DNA of 64,000 nt from Pseudolysobacter sp. (GCA_043759455.1 JAYVLO010000029.1:30298-94297); one strand, 5' to 3'; numbered from the stretch's first letter, positions 11,301 through 21,648 are shown. Notes: generated by a model from the sequence alone, not told the origin. A program made the numbers and translations.

Positions 11301-12421
11301 TGCGCGTGGCGCAGCTGACGTTTTTCGGCCGCGCGTTTCCCGACACTTCGTTCAAGCTCAGTTTCAGTTCGGACGAAAGTACGATCAATCTCAGCGGAAC
11401 GCAGGTCGAAGGCACCGTCCATATTCCCGCAGGCGAGCTGATCAAGCGCGGCGTCACCGCCGAACTCGCGCGTTTGTACATGCCGTCGGATAACGATGGT
11501 GCGCCGCTGTCCGCTGCGAACGGACCCGTCGCAGCGGACAGCGACACGCTGTCCGGTGTCAATCCGGCGGCCATTCCACCACTGCATATCTCGGTCGGCG
11601 ATTTGCATCTCGGCCATGCCAGTTTCGGCGCGGCGCGCGTCGAAAGTTATCCGATCGAAGGCGGCATGCACCTGGAGCAGGTGCAGAGCGATTCGCCGAA
11701 CATCGACATGAGCGCACGCGGCGACTGGCTCGGTACGGGCGGCAAGGATTATTCGACGTTTTCGATTCATTTCACCGCAAAAAACCTCGGCCACATGCTC
11801 GACGCGCTGGGTTACGCCGGCGTGATCGACGGCGGCGAAACCGTGGTCGGCATCGATGCGAGCTGGCCCGGTGCACCGTCGAGCTTTGCCCTCGCCAAGC
11901 TCGACGGCAGTTTGAATCTGTCGGTCGCGGACGGGCGCATTCTCGAAGTCGATCCGGGCGCCGGACGCATCATCGGCCTGGTTGGCATCACCGAAATTCC
12001 GCGCCGACTGACTTTGGATTTTAGCGACTTTTTCAAATCCGGCCTCGCGTTCAATTCGATCAAGGGCAAGTTCGCGCTGGGCAAGGGCAATGCCGCGACG
12101 GACGACCTGCAGATCAAAGGCCCCGCAGCCGATATCGCGATCAGCGGACACACCGACCTGCGCAAGCGCGAATACGACCAGGTCATGATCGTCGTGCCGC
12201 ACCTGAGCAATACCTTGCCGATCGTCGGCGCGATTGCTGGTGGCCCGGTTGGTGCGGCGGCAGGGTTTGTGGTGCAGACCATCCTGCGCAAGCCGCTCAA
12301 TCAGGCCGGCGAAACCACATATCGCGTGACCGGAAGTTGGGACAAACCGGTCATCGTCACCGTCGCCAAGGGCCTCAAACCGCGCGCCAAGGATGAGACA
12401 AAAGCCGGCAAAACCAACTAG
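8399..12421 (+). CDS. yhdP: YhdP family AsmA-like phospholipid transport protein
   Basis: ~1340 aa with an N-terminal TM helix and C-terminal IPRRLTLDFSDFF..GLAFNSI.G motif; lies between rng and tldD. ATG at 8399 follows GAGGAG. Confidence 0.9.
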   Translation: MTPWRRHLRRLRLWLVRLLALALIAMALVMGLGQLALPWVISHPEKITAFLSDKLHRPISIDKIDGTWERSGPVLSLHGLHLGAADASQQAMLIPQAEIALNFFAWLHQNQRWNEFRLSGLDLVLSHDAPDGSWRIHGFVADNNDQQDDGDNPLFQLGSLVLRDLHLRVDDTPHQRQLRLDISELRLINQGSAHRLLARAQCVEMQSPPMALVAEYDTYSRNGRLYLGATQLDLAGLLRLFPLRGLALASGGGDAQFWVDWRAGALYAVRAEIDLRKLVLQTTAPIDTGSVGDIVPRIGLDRFAFGARLQRNAQGWRADVADLRMDRDGQAGVPGRFSIEQRTAPAPPITPMLPEGLLLSPLDETADKMVLAAADDNGASMTNATVEYVGSASDLDLSALASLSMLSDALPAGLRQWLYNASPHGVAHNVSLRYHDGHDYDVAANIGSVAWMPVGKLPGVEGLNFEALADAQALSISLPTRTPLRLPMPQVFRSTIELAEFSGKVAAYRTDKAWRIEIPGMRFEGQPVAGLGYGGELRGSIDLNVDGSRPFIDMYAAITHADMLATHPFWPYNNMPKQGVAWLDRGLAGGRLSGRAAFRGNLGDWPFRNQLGQFTAHIDLDDAILDYNPEWPRIEHLRATADFLNTSLHVVTSAGQTLGNKLISGSADISDFAHAIIEIQLAGEGSGKTLLDFLHASPIGKRYAEQLRGVGISGVGKLALQLHLPLGNDQGPLKLDGSVNISDADLSASGPNLRLTQANGKVVFSERGFGIDDMAVRYEDQPARFALRVGSAYMRDPQHQAEASLHSNLPAAILLKRVPVLLPYQKFIAGSADWTVDYSVDDNQGKGDSAQRLIVGSDLKGVAISLPAPMHKDSNEVQALRVIVPLPFEGGDLQARLGDIAQMRARLEKDTTPFAGHLAFGAGMPDALPKRGLRVSGGVVEADISGWMDFVVGNSSSGSGSFIESVDLRVAQLTFFGRAFPDTSFKLSFSSDESTINLSGTQVEGTVHIPAGELIKRGVTAELARLYMPSDNDGAPLSAANGPVAADSDTLSGVNPAAIPPLHISVGDLHLGHASFGAARVESYPIEGGMHLEQVQSDSPNIDMSARGDWLGTGGKDYSTFSIHFTAKNLGHMLDALGYAGVIDGGETVVGIDASWPGAPSSFALAKLDGSLNLSVADGRILEVDPGAGRIIGLVGITEIPRRLTLDFSDFFKSGLAFNSIKGKFALGKGNAATDDLQIKGPAADIAISGHTDLRKREYDQVMIVVPHLSNTLPIVGAIAGGPVGAAAGFVVQTILRKPLNQAGETTYRVTGSWDKPVIVTVAKGLKPRAKDETKAGKTN

Positions 12422-12547
12422 CGGGTGGTTTTTTCTTGCGACTATCATCGGCGTGGTTAGCGCGTGTCGCCTCTCGCCCACCTTGTGAGCGCCATACGCG
12501 CCCATACCTTTATGTGCTGAACCCGCCCAACCTGCGATAATCTCCGT

Positions 12548-14002
12548 ATGAATTCATTAATAGCGCTTGCCGAAACCCGGCTACTGCGCCCTGGCGGTTT
12601 GGCCAGCGGCGATCTCGATCAGGTTTTCTCGCAGCTGATGGGCCCGTCCATCGATGCGGCCGATCTGTATTTTCAGCATTCGCGTAGCGAATCGTGGGTG
12701 CTCGAAGACGGCATCGTCAAGGAAGGCAACCACTCGATCGAACAAGGCGTCGGCGTGCGCGCGATGTCCGGCGAAAAAACAGGATTCGCCTATTCCGACG
12801 AGATCGTGCTACCGGAACTACTGACCGCAGCTCGCTCGGCGCGCGCAATCGCGCAGGCCGGCAGCAAAGGTGTCGGCAAGCCACTGGCGATCGGCAGCGG
12901 ACGTGGTTTGTATCCGGCGATCGACCCGATCGATAGTTTGAGCAACGATGCCAAGATCAGCCTGCTGCGCGAAGTCGACGGTTGGTGTCGCGCCGAAGAT
13001 CCGCGCGTCACGCAGGTGGTCGTGAGCCTTGCTGCCGCACTCGATACCGTGCTGATCGCGGCATCGGATGGCACGCTGGCCGCCGATGTGCGCCCGCTGG
13101 TGCGTTTGAACGTGCAGGTGATCGTCGAGCAGAACGGACGTCGCGAGCAGGGCCATTCCGGTGGCGGAGGACGTTACAGCTACGTTGATCTGCTCGCCAA
13201 CGGTCGTGCACATGGATTTGCACGCGAAGCGGTACGTCAGGCTCTGGTGAACCTCGAAGCGATCGACGCACCGGCTGGCAGCATGACCGTTGTGCTCGGC
13301 CCCGGCTGGCCCGGCGTGCTGTTGCACGAGGCGATCGGCCACGGTTTCGAAGGTGACTTCAACCGCAAGGGTACGTCGGCGTTTGCCGGCATGATGGGCC
13401 AGCGTGTGGCTTCGGATCTCGTCACCGTGGTCGATGACGGTACCTTGCCGAACCGGCGCGGCTCGCTGAGCATCGACGATGAAGGTGTGCCTAGCGAATG
13501 CACTACCTTGATCGAAAACGGCAAGATGACCGGCTTCATGCAGGACAAGCACAACGCGCGTCTGATGGGCACGCGCTCGACCGGCAACGGCCGTCGTGAA
13601 TCGTTTGCGCATCTACCGATGCCGCGCATGACCAACACCTACATGCGGCCCGGCCAGAGTGATCCGGGCGAGATCATCGCCTCGGTCAAACGCGGTTTGT
13701 ACGCGGTGAATTTCGGCGGCGGCCAGGTCGACATCACCAATGGCAAGTTCGTGTTCTCGGCCAGCGAGGCGTATCTGATCGAGAATGGAAAAATCACGCG
13801 TCCGGTCAAGGGCGCGACCCTCGTCGGCGCCGGCCCGGAAGTGCTGACGCGCGTGAGCATGGTCGGCAACGATCTCGCGCTCGATGAAGGCGTCGGCGTC
13901 TGCGGCAAGGAAGGCCAGAGTGTACCGGTCGGCGTCGGCCAGCCGACCTTGCGCGTGGACGCCATGACGGTCGGTGGCACCAACGCCGGTGAAGCGGCCT
14001 GA
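12548..14002 (+). CDS. tldD: Metalloprotease TldD
   Basis: [20 protein letters not shown] (HExxxH), STGNGRRES...PRMTNT and [16 protein letters not shown] motifs. Confidence 0.96.
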   Translation: MNSLIALAETRLLRPGGLASGDLDQVFSQLMGPSIDAADLYFQHSRSESWVLEDGIVKEGNHSIEQGVGVRAMSGEKTGFAYSDEIVLPELLTAARSARAIAQAGSKGVGKPLAIGSGRGLYPAIDPIDSLSNDAKISLLREVDGWCRAEDPRVTQVVVSLAAALDTVLIAASDGTLAADVRPLVRLNVQVIVEQNGRREQGHSGGGGRYSYVDLLANGRAHGFAREAVRQALVNLEAIDAPAGSMTVVLGPGWPGVLLHEAIGHGFEGDFNRKGTSAFAGMMGQRVASDLVTVVDDGTLPNRRGSLSIDDEGVPSECTTLIENGKMTGFMQDKHNARLMGTRSTGNGRRESFAHLPMPRMTNTYMRPGQSDPGEIIASVKRGLYAVNFGGGQVDITNGKFVFSASEAYLIENGKITRPVKGATLVGAGPEVLTRVSMVGNDLALDEGVGVCGKEGQSVPVGVGQPTLRVDAMTVGGTNAGEAA

Positions 14003-14070
14003 AAAACTACTCGGCAATTGCGCCCTCATTGCTTTACCTCTGGGCATCCACGCCATCGTGCGCTCGGTAT

Positions 14071-14145
14071 TTTGTGCGAGGGCGGTACTCGGAATCGTCA
14101 TGTACATGAGTACACTCCGGTTCCTCCGCTCCGTCCTCGCACAAA
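14071..14145. repeat. Palindromic intergenic element (REP/MITE-like)
   Basis: TTTGTGCGAGGGCGG (14071-14085) pairs with CCGTCCTCGCACAAA (14131-14145), 14/15. A perfect palindrome CATGTACATG lies at 14099-14108. Sits between convergent tldD and darP. Confidence 0.6.
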
Positions 14146-14180
14146 CTCCGTTCGCTTGCTACGTTTTTGAGGCCACTTCA

Positions 14181-14744
14181 CTAGCTCGTTTCGTCGTCCG
14201 AATTGCCAGATTCGATGTCGCTCCCGAGGGAATCGCCATCGCCCGAAAACAGCGCACGCAATTCCTTGAACAGGGCGCGACTTGCGGTCGCTGGCTTGTT
14301 CGCATTCGCATCGTCCCGCGCCTGGCGCACAAGCGTGCGCAGATGCTGGCGATCGGCGTGCGGAAAATGTTGCAGCAGGTCGGACAGCGCGCTGTCGCCA
14401 TCGTGGATCAGGCGTTCGCGCCAGCCTTCAAGGCGATGCAGTTCGGCGGTTTCGCGACGCATGCTGTCGCGATCCTGCGTCAGCGCCTGGCGCAATGGTT
14501 CGAGCTCTTCCTCGCGGCGGCGCATCTGCTTGGCGAGAAACTGAATCTGGCGTTTGCGCGCAATCTGCTGGGTGATGCGGCGCGCGCGCTGGACTTCTTC
14601 GCGCAGTTCGTCGGACAGCGGCAACTTGCCGAGCTGCGATTCGGGTAACGCAACGATGGCTTCGGCCAGCTTGAACACATCCAGCGCCTCGCGGCGTAGC
14701 TGGCTGCGACTCGGTTCTTCGAACTCTTGATCTTCGGTATGCAT
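14181..14744 (-). CDS. darP: Ribosome biogenesis factor YjgA/DarP
   Basis: PSRSQLRRE, ARKRQIQFLAKQMR, LEGWRERLI..GD and DRQHLRTLVRQA motifs; divergent from pmbA. Confidence 0.93.
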   Translation of the reverse strand: MHTEDQEFEEPSRSQLRREALDVFKLAEAIVALPESQLGKLPLSDELREEVQRARRITQQIARKRQIQFLAKQMRRREEELEPLRQALTQDRDSMRRETAELHRLEGWRERLIHDGDSALSDLLQHFPHADRQHLRTLVRQARDDANANKPATASRALFKELRALFSGDGDSLGSDIESGNSDDETS

Positions 14745-14777
14745 GATTTGTCAGTGTAAGAATTCAGCAAAGGATAC

Positions 14778-16133
14778 GTGGTGAACGAACTATCAGCAAA
14801 AACCGACACCAGCGAGGCCCAGCTCGACCGCCTCGCGCAGGTGTGCGAAGACGTATTGCAACGCTGCCGTGCGGCCGGTGCGAGCCAGGCCGAAGTCGGC
14901 GCCAGCATCGATAGCGGACTCAACGTCGGTGTGCGTCTCGGCGAAGTCGAAACCATCGAACACACGCGCGATCGATCGCTCGCGATCACGGTGTATTTCG
15001 GCAAACGCAAAGGTTCGGCCAGCACCGCCGACCTGCAGCCCGAATCGATCGCGACCACGGTCGAACAAGCGTGTGCGATCGCGCGCTACACCGAGGACGA
15101 TGAATGTTCTGGTCTCGCCGATGCCGATCGTATGGCGCGCGAGCAGCCAGATCTCGACCTGTGGCATCCGTGGAATATTTCGCCGGAACAGGCGATCACG
15201 CTTGGTCTGGAAATCGAAGACGCCGGTCGGGCCCACAAGGGCATCAGCAATTCCGAGGGCGCGTCGGTGCAGGCCGGTGAAATCCTTGCGGTGACCGGAA
15301 ATTCGCACGGTTTTCTTGCGCGCGAACGCGTTACGCGTCACATGCTGTCGTGCGCGTTGCTGGCCGAAGACGAGAATGGCATGCAGCGCGATTACTGGTA
15401 CGAATCGGTGCGCGCCGCCGAGGATTTTCCCGATGCAAAATTGATCGGCAATAACGCCGCGCGCCGCACCCTGGAACGACTCGGCGCGCGCCAGCTTTCC
15501 ACGCGCAGTTGTCCGGTCTTGTTTGCGCCGGAAGTCGCGCGCGGCCTGATCGGACATTTGTTGTCGGCGGTCAGCGGCGGTGCGCTGTATCGTAAATCGA
15601 CCTTCCTGCTCGATCATGTCGGCAAGAAAATCCTGCCGGATTTCATGGAAATCGTCGAACGCCCATTTATCAAACGCGGCCACGGATCGAGCAGTTTCGA
15701 TGCCGAAGGCGTGGCGACGGTGGACAGCGATCTGATCCGCGATGGCGTCTTGACGCGCTACATCCTGTCGAGTTATTCGGCACGCAAACTCGGGCTTTCG
15801 AGCACGGGCAATGCTGGCGGCGTGCACAATATTCTGGTCAAGCCGGGTCAGGATGATTTGCGCACGATGCTCAAGAATCTCGGCACGGGTTTGTTCATCA
15901 CCGACGTGATGGGGCAGGGCGTATCGATCATCACCGGCGATTATTCGCGCGGCGCGTCGGGTTTCTGGGTCGAGAACGGCGAGATCGTCTATCCGGTCGA
16001 GGAGATCACGATCGCCTCGAACTTGCGTGAGATGTATACGAACATCCGCGCGATCGGCAGCGATGTCGATCCGCGTTCGCATATTCTCTGCGGTTCGATC
16101 CTGGTCGACAAGATGACCTTGGCGGGGAGTTAA
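14778..16133 (+). CDS. pmbA: Metalloprotease PmbA/TldE
   Basis: V.VRLGEVETIE, RKGSASTAD, FDAEGVAT and ITGDYSRGASGFW motifs. Confidence 0.95.
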   Translation: MVNELSAKTDTSEAQLDRLAQVCEDVLQRCRAAGASQAEVGASIDSGLNVGVRLGEVETIEHTRDRSLAITVYFGKRKGSASTADLQPESIATTVEQACAIARYTEDDECSGLADADRMAREQPDLDLWHPWNISPEQAITLGLEIEDAGRAHKGISNSEGASVQAGEILAVTGNSHGFLARERVTRHMLSCALLAEDENGMQRDYWYESVRAAEDFPDAKLIGNNAARRTLERLGARQLSTRSCPVLFAPEVARGLIGHLLSAVSGGALYRKSTFLLDHVGKKILPDFMEIVERPFIKRGHGSSSFDAEGVATVDSDLIRDGVLTRYILSSYSARKLGLSSTGNAGGVHNILVKPGQDDLRTMLKNLGTGLFITDVMGQGVSIITGDYSRGASGFWVENGEIVYPVEEITIASNLREMYTNIRAIGSDVDPRSHILCGSILVDKMTLAGS

Positions 16134-16377
16134 AATTGCTGCGCAAACGATTCTTTTGCGTACCAGTGCGCCAGCGAGTGATCGCACGGCAACCATCAAA
16201 CGGTCTGGATGGAACCTAAGCAAAGTCGCGGCGTAAAGCTTTGCAATTCACGCAGCGTGCATCCGAGCGTTGCGTAAAATCAGAGTCATACCAGCATGAT
16301 GGTCACGCCATCGCGACGCGTATGTTTCAGTCGGCTTCTCGACCGCTTCAAACCCACTTCATCACAAGGAATTCGCC

Positions 16378-16914
16378 ATGCGTTTTTTTGCAATTTTGCT
16401 CGTAGTCTCGCTTGCGTTTTGCGGCGTAGCTTTCGCCGAAGACGGCCCTGCCGACGGCCAGCCTGCGCCGGGTTTCAAGTTGCAGGATCAGCATGGCAAG
16501 ACCCAGGAGCTTGACCATTACAGAGGCAAATGGGTGGTGCTGTATTTTTATCCGAAGGACGATACACCGGGCTGCACTGCCGAGGCCTGCACGTTTCGCG
16601 ATGACGTGATCAAGTTGCACAAGGCCGGCGCCGAGGTGCTGGGCGTGAGTCTGGATGATGTCAAATCACACGCGGCGTTCGCCGAAAAGTATCATCTGCC
16701 GTTTCCGATCCTGTCGGACAATACACAGGCAGTGGCGAAGACCTACGGCGTGTTGACGACGGCGAAATCCGGCATGGTATACGCGCGTCGCGAAACCTTC
16801 CTGGTCAATCCGAACGGCGTGGTCGTGAAGCATTACAAGGATGTTGATCCGAAAGAAAACTCAGCCCAGGTATTGGCCGATCTGGCCACGCTGCAGGAAA
16901 AATCGAAGAACTGA
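16378..16914 (+). CDS. bcp: Peroxiredoxin, Bcp/PrxQ family, with signal peptide
   Basis: VVLYFYPKDDTPGCTAEAC active site; hydrophobic leader ending AFA. Confidence 0.88.
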   Translation: MRFFAILLVVSLAFCGVAFAEDGPADGQPAPGFKLQDQHGKTQELDHYRGKWVVLYFYPKDDTPGCTAEACTFRDDVIKLHKAGAEVLGVSLDDVKSHAAFAEKYHLPFPILSDNTQAVAKTYGVLTTAKSGMVYARRETFLVNPNGVVVKHYKDVDPKENSAQVLADLATLQEKSKN

Positions 16915-16989
16915 TCTCGCTCGCGACCGTTTTTCTGCTAAGAAAATCACCCAGCGCGATGAGGGTCCGCGCGCTGGGTGATGCGCGAA

Positions 16990-17949
16990 TCAGCCGCAGA
17001 GTCCGTTCAGCCACTCGTCATCCGAACCTTCGTTGACACCCTCGAATAGGAACGTACTCAGGTAACGTTCGCCGGTGTCCGGCAGCATCGACAGGATCAC
17101 TGAGCCTTGTGGCGCTTTCTCCGCGACCTTCAGCGCGGCGGCTAATGTTGCGCCCGACGAAATGCCAGCGAAGATACCTTCCTCGCGCGCGAGGCGTAGC
17201 GAGGTGTCGCGCGCCAGTACATCGTCGACCAGCACGATTTCATCGGCGATGTGTCGATTCAGCACGTCCGGCAGAAAGTCCGGATTCCAGCCCTGGATCT
17301 TGTGCGGTTTCCACTCCTGTCCGCTCAATAGTGCGGCGCCCGCCGGTTCGGTGGCGATGATCTTGATGTCCGGTCGCGCCAGTTTCAGCATTTCGCCAGC
17401 GCCGGAAATGGTACCGCCGGTGCCCCAGCCACTGACGAAATAGTCCAGTCGTTTGCCGGCAAAATCACTGAGGATTTCCGGCCCGGTGGTATTGCGATGC
17501 CACGCCGGATTGGCCGGATTCTGGAATTGCAGCGTCTGGAACCAGCCGTGTTTGGTAGCGAGTTCGGCCGCCTTGCGGACCATGCCGCTGCCGCGTTCTG
17601 CAGCAGGCGTGAGTATGACCTTGCCGCCGAAAGCGCGGATCAGTTTGCGTCGTTCTATCGAAAACGATTCGGCCATGACCGCGACAAACGGATAACCGCG
17701 CGCCGCCGCGACCATCGCTAGCGCGACACCGGTATTGCCGGAAGTGGCCTCGATAATGGTCTGGCCGGGCTTCAGCGCGCCGGATTTTTCGGCATCGAGC
17801 ACCACCGCGAGCGCGAGACGATCTTTCACCGACGCCGCCGGATTGAAGGATTCGACCTTGACGTAGACATCCACACCCGGCGGCGCCAGGCGATGCAGTT
17901 TGACGACGGGCGTATTGCCGATCGTGTCAAGAATATTCTGATAGATCAT
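16990..17949 (-). CDS. cysK: Cysteine synthase A
   Basis: IGNTPVV, FNP.ASVKDR (PLP lysine), EATSGNTG, HKIQG and PDTGERYLST motifs. Confidence 0.95.
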   Translation of the reverse strand: MIYQNILDTIGNTPVVKLHRLAPPGVDVYVKVESFNPAASVKDRLALAVVLDAEKSGALKPGQTIIEATSGNTGVALAMVAAARGYPFVAVMAESFSIERRKLIRAFGGKVILTPAAERGSGMVRKAAELATKHGWFQTLQFQNPANPAWHRNTTGPEILSDFAGKRLDYFVSGWGTGGTISGAGEMLKLARPDIKIIATEPAGAALLSGQEWKPHKIQGWNPDFLPDVLNRHIADEIVLVDDVLARDTSLRLAREEGIFAGISSGATLAAALKVAEKAPQGSVILSMLPDTGERYLSTFLFEGVNEGSDDEWLNGLCG

Positions 17950-18057
17950 GGCGGTCTCCGAGTGGTTCGAGTTGAGCGGCGATCAAGCGGGCTGGCGAAT
18001 GGGTTGGCTGCAGCGGCAGTGTCGATCCAGGTTGACGATTCCGGCAAGCTTTTGTTC

Positions 18058-18164
18058 GTCATTCCAGCGCAGGCTGGACTCCATCTGGACCTTAAATCTA
18101 CCCGCATGAAGATAATGCTGCGGATAGCGAAATCAAAATGAATGCCAGTCTGCGCTGGAATGAC
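18058..18164. repeat. Inverted REP doublet (REPIN-like)
   Basis: GTCATTCCAGCGCAGGCTGG (18058-18077) and CCAGTCTGCGCTGGAATGAC (18145-18164) match 19/20 as reverse complements. Each arm is itself a short palindrome of the GTCATTCC.GCG.AGGC.GG type. Confidence 0.75.
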
Positions 18165-18201
18165 GGACGTTAGTGCAGAACGTCGCACGTATTGCGTAAG
18201 T

Positions 18202-19641
18202 CTACGCAGCATGCGCCAGCAACGTTACGCTTTCCGCTGCGGCATCGCCATCGATCACCGGCGCACCAAACCACGCGAGCTGCGTGGCGAATGCGGCGAC
18301 TTCGCCGATGATCAACATCGCTGGCGAGCGCAGCTGGTGCTGAATCGCGATGCGATCGAGCTGACCGAGGCTGCCGCTGATCACGCGTTGCTCGGGCCGG
18401 CTGCCGTTTTCGACCAGCACGAACGGTGTGTCAGCGCTGCGTCCGTGGGCGATTAGTTTTTCGCGCAACGTATCGAGACGCGCCACGCCCATGTACACCG
18501 CGAGGGTTTGTTTTTCTTGCGCGAGCGCGCGCCAGTCCAGCGTGTCCAGCGAACTCTGGCAATGCGCGGTGACCAGTCGCAACGATTGCGCATGATCGCG
18601 ATGCGTCAGCGGAATGCCGGCGTACGCTGCACACGCCACCGCTGCGGTAATGCCGGGCACGACTTCATAATCAATGCCGTGGGCGCGCAAATATTCGAGT
18701 TCTTCGCCGCCGCGACCGAAGATAAACGAGTCGCCGCCCTTGAGCCGCACCACACGTTTGCCGGCGCGCGCGTGCTCGACGAGCAGTGCGTTGATGCGCT
18801 CCTGCGTGGTGTGGTGTGTACCGGATTCCTTGCCGGTTTCGATGCGCTCGGCATCGCGTCGCGCGAGATCGAGCACCTCGTGGCTGACCAGCCGGTCATG
18901 CAAAATCACGTCGGCTTCCTGCAGGCAACGCAGTGCGCGTATCGTCAGCAGCCCCGGATCGCCGGGCCCGGCGCCGACCAGCGCGACATGTCCGACATTG
19001 CTTGCCGCATCGGCATGTTCCAATGCGGCATCGAGCAACTGTTCGGCACGCTGATCGCGTCCGGCCGCGACCGCCGTAGCGACCGGACCGATCAGCAGTG
19101 CCTCCCAGAAGCGGCGGCGCTGCGTCACGGTTTTAAAGCGCGCGCGCACGGCGACTCGCGCGCGCTCAGCGAGCAGCGCAAGCCTTCCCACAGAATGATC
19201 CAGCAGCATTTCAAAACGTTCGCGCAACATGCGCGCGAGCACCGGCGCGGCGCCGCCGCTGGAGATCGCCACAATAATCGGCGAGCGATCGACGATCGCC
19301 GGTACGATGAAATTGCACAGTTGCGGATTGTCGACCACGTTCACCAGCATTCCGCGTGCCTGTGCATCGAGCGAAACTTGGCGATTGACGCTGACATCAT
19401 TGCTCGCGGCGATCACCAGAATACGATCATCGAGCCAACTCGATTGGTAGTTTCCGGACAGATATCGCAGGCGTCCTTGCTGTTCGAGCGCGCGCAATTC
19501 AGCATTCAATTCGGGCGCGCCAATACTGACGTCCGCCCCCGCCGCGAGCAACGTTTCGGCCTTGCGCGCAGCCACGCTACCACCGCCGACGATAAGGACG
19601 GGGCGTTTTTGCAAGTCGGCGAACAGCGGGTAAAACCTCAT
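18202..19641 (-). CDS. cysG: Siroheme synthase CysG
   Basis: N-terminal dehydrogenase ([30 protein letters not shown]) plus methyltransferase ([28 protein letters not shown]). ATG start at 19641. Confidence 0.95.
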   Translation of the reverse strand: MRFYPLFADLQKRPVLIVGGGSVAARKAETLLAAGADVSIGAPELNAELRALEQQGRLRYLSGNYQSSWLDDRILVIAASNDVSVNRQVSLDAQARGMLVNVVDNPQLCNFIVPAIVDRSPIIVAISSGGAAPVLARMLRERFEMLLDHSVGRLALLAERARVAVRARFKTVTQRRRFWEALLIGPVATAVAAGRDQRAEQLLDAALEHADAASNVGHVALVGAGPGDPGLLTIRALRCLQEADVILHDRLVSHEVLDLARRDAERIETGKESGTHHTTQERINALLVEHARAGKRVVRLKGGDSFIFGRGGEELEYLRAHGIDYEVVPGITAAVACAAYAGIPLTHRDHAQSLRLVTAHCQSSLDTLDWRALAQEKQTLAVYMGVARLDTLREKLIAHGRSADTPFVLVENGSRPEQRVISGSLGQLDRIAIQHQLRSPAMLIIGEVAAFATQLAWFGAPVIDGDAAAESVTLLAHAA

Positions 19642-19857
19642 CTCGATCCTGTGCTGTGCCCACGCGTTTATCGCATGCCGCGGGCGAGTGGATGTTCGAA
19701 AATTTCCAATGGGCACACGCTAGTCCGCTGTGGCATCGGCGAGAAATGACATCTGCATCGCTGCTTATGCCGGCAGGTTATGGGCGACGACGAAATCGTT
19801 TGGACGTCTATACGTCCGATGTTGGACGGCATCCGAGGCATAAGTTAGGATGCCGGC

Positions 19858-20853
19858 ATGACACTCAACCAACTTCGTTTTTTTGTGGCGATCGCCGATT
19901 CCGGCCTGAACATCACGCTCGCTGCCGAACGCGTACACGCCACCCAGCCGGGCCTTTCCAAGCAGCTCAAGCAACTGGAAGACGAACTCGGTTTTGCGTT
20001 GTTCACGCGCAAGGGCAAAAGCCTCAACAGCATTACCCAGACCGGCGAGGATGTGCTGACGCGCGCGCGCGTGATTCTCGAAGAGGCGCGCAATATCCGC
20101 GCGCTCGCGGCGAACTTGCGCAACGAGGCCGAAGGCGCATTGCGTATCGCTACCGTGCACACCCAGGCGCGATTTGTGCTGCCGCACATCATTGCCGAAT
20201 TGCGCCGGCGTTATCCGGGCGTCAGCATGCATCTCGACCCCGGCAGCCAGGATGAAATTCTCGAACGCCTGCGCGCCGGTTCGGTTGATGTCGCAGTTTT
20301 TAGTAGCTCGGGAAGTACGCCGTCCGGTGTGTTTGCGCTCGCGGCGTATCGCTGGGATCGTGTCGTGGTCGTGCCGCGCGCGCATGCGCTGGCCAAGCTC
20401 GATCGACCGCTCAGGCTCGCTGATATTGCGGCGTTTCCGCTGGTCAGTTACGAATCGTCATTGAATCCGGATTCGTCGTTGCCGCGCGCATTTTCCGCCG
20501 CCGGCCTGGCGCCACAACTCGCGTTCACCGCGCGCGACGCCGACCTGATCAAGACCTATGTGCGCGCCGGGCTTGGTGTCGGTATTCTCGCGAGCATGGC
20601 GATCGAGCCGGTCGATCATGCGGATCTTGCGGTGCTGTCTGCGGCAGGTTTGTTCGAGCGCTGCACGACGTGGATTGCGCTGCGCCGCGAGAGTGTGGTC
20701 AAGCGTTATCTGCTCGAATTCATCGCGCTGTTTGCGCCGCATCTCGGCGCGACCACGGTACGTGATGCGCTGGTGGACGACGCGGTTGCGCAAAGCATCG
20801 TGGCGCCGCTATGGGGTGAAAACGCATCGCCCAAAGCCGCAGCAAAAGTCTGA
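19858..20853 (+). CDS. cysB: CysB-like LysR family regulator
   Basis: HTH region LNITLAAERVHATQPGLSKQLKQLEDELG, plus HTQARFVLP and ARDADLIKTYVRAGLGVGI, which are CysB-type motifs; inside the cys cluster. Confidence 0.88.
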   Translation: MTLNQLRFFVAIADSGLNITLAAERVHATQPGLSKQLKQLEDELGFALFTRKGKSLNSITQTGEDVLTRARVILEEARNIRALAANLRNEAEGALRIATVHTQARFVLPHIIAELRRRYPGVSMHLDPGSQDEILERLRAGSVDVAVFSSSGSTPSGVFALAAYRWDRVVVVPRAHALAKLDRPLRLADIAAFPLVSYESSLNPDSSLPRAFSAAGLAPQLAFTARDADLIKTYVRAGLGVGILASMAIEPVDHADLAVLSAAGLFERCTTWIALRRESVVKRYLLEFIALFAPHLGATTVRDALVDDAVAQSIVAPLWGENASPKAAAKV

Positions 20854-20922
20854 AGCATGACGATGTGCGGAAGGAGCCGAGGTGAATAAATTATCCATCT
20901 ATCCATCTGCTCGTTCCCCTAT

Positions 20923-21648
20923 CTAGCCTTCCAGGCCGTGAATTCCGCATTCGCGACGCAGGCCGAAAAAACGCGTGTCTTCTTCGCGCATGCCGGGTTC
21001 CCACGGGCGCGTGGTGTGGGTGTCGCCGATCGAGATGTAGCCTGATTCCCATAGCGGGTGATACGGCAAGTCGTGCTGTTTCAGGTACTGCCAGATATCG
21101 CGATCGGTCCAGTCCACCAGCGGGTGCAGTTTCCAGCGATCGTCGCGCAGTTCGAGTACATCGAGTTGTCGCCGCGTTTTGCTCTGCGTGCGGCGCAGTC
21201 CGGCAATCCACGTGCGCGCGCCGAGCTCGGTCAATGCGCGATGCATCGGTTCGACCTTGCGCAGGCGGTTGTATTGCTTGATGCCTTCTTCGCCTTTTTC
21301 CCAGAGTCGGCCGAAACGCGCTTCCATCCACGCGATGCTGAGGCTGCCGCGATACACCTTGAGATTGAGCCTGAGGCGTTCGGTGAGTTGGTCGGCAAAC
21401 TGATAGGTTTGCGGAAACAGATAACCGGTATCGATCAGCACCACCGGTATATTCGGTTGCTGCCGCGTGACCAGATGCAAGGCTACCGCCGATTGCGCGC
21501 CGAAACTCGACGACACGGCATAATTGCCCGGCAGGTTTTCCAGCGCCCAGGCGACGCGATCTGCGGCGTCGAGTTTTTCCAGCGCCGTATTCAATTCGGC
21601 CCGCGCGCGCAAATCGTCAGCGGCGCTGACCAGATCGGGAACGTTCAT
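20923..21648 (-). CDS. cysH: Phosphoadenylyl-sulfate (PAPS) reductase
   Basis: SSFGAQS, IDTGYLF, RKVEPM, GLRRTQS..R, GYISIGD and ECGIH motifs. No CC..CxxC Fe-S motif. Confidence 0.93.
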   Translation of the reverse strand: MNVPDLVSAADDLRARAELNTALEKLDAADRVAWALENLPGNYAVSSSFGAQSAVALHLVTRQQPNIPVVLIDTGYLFPQTYQFADQLTERLRLNLKVYRGSLSIAWMEARFGRLWEKGEEGIKQYNRLRKVEPMHRALTELGARTWIAGLRRTQSKTRRQLDVLELRDDRWKLHPLVDWTDRDIWQYLKQHDLPYHPLWESGYISIGDTHTTRPWEPGMREEDTRFFGLRRECGIHGLEG

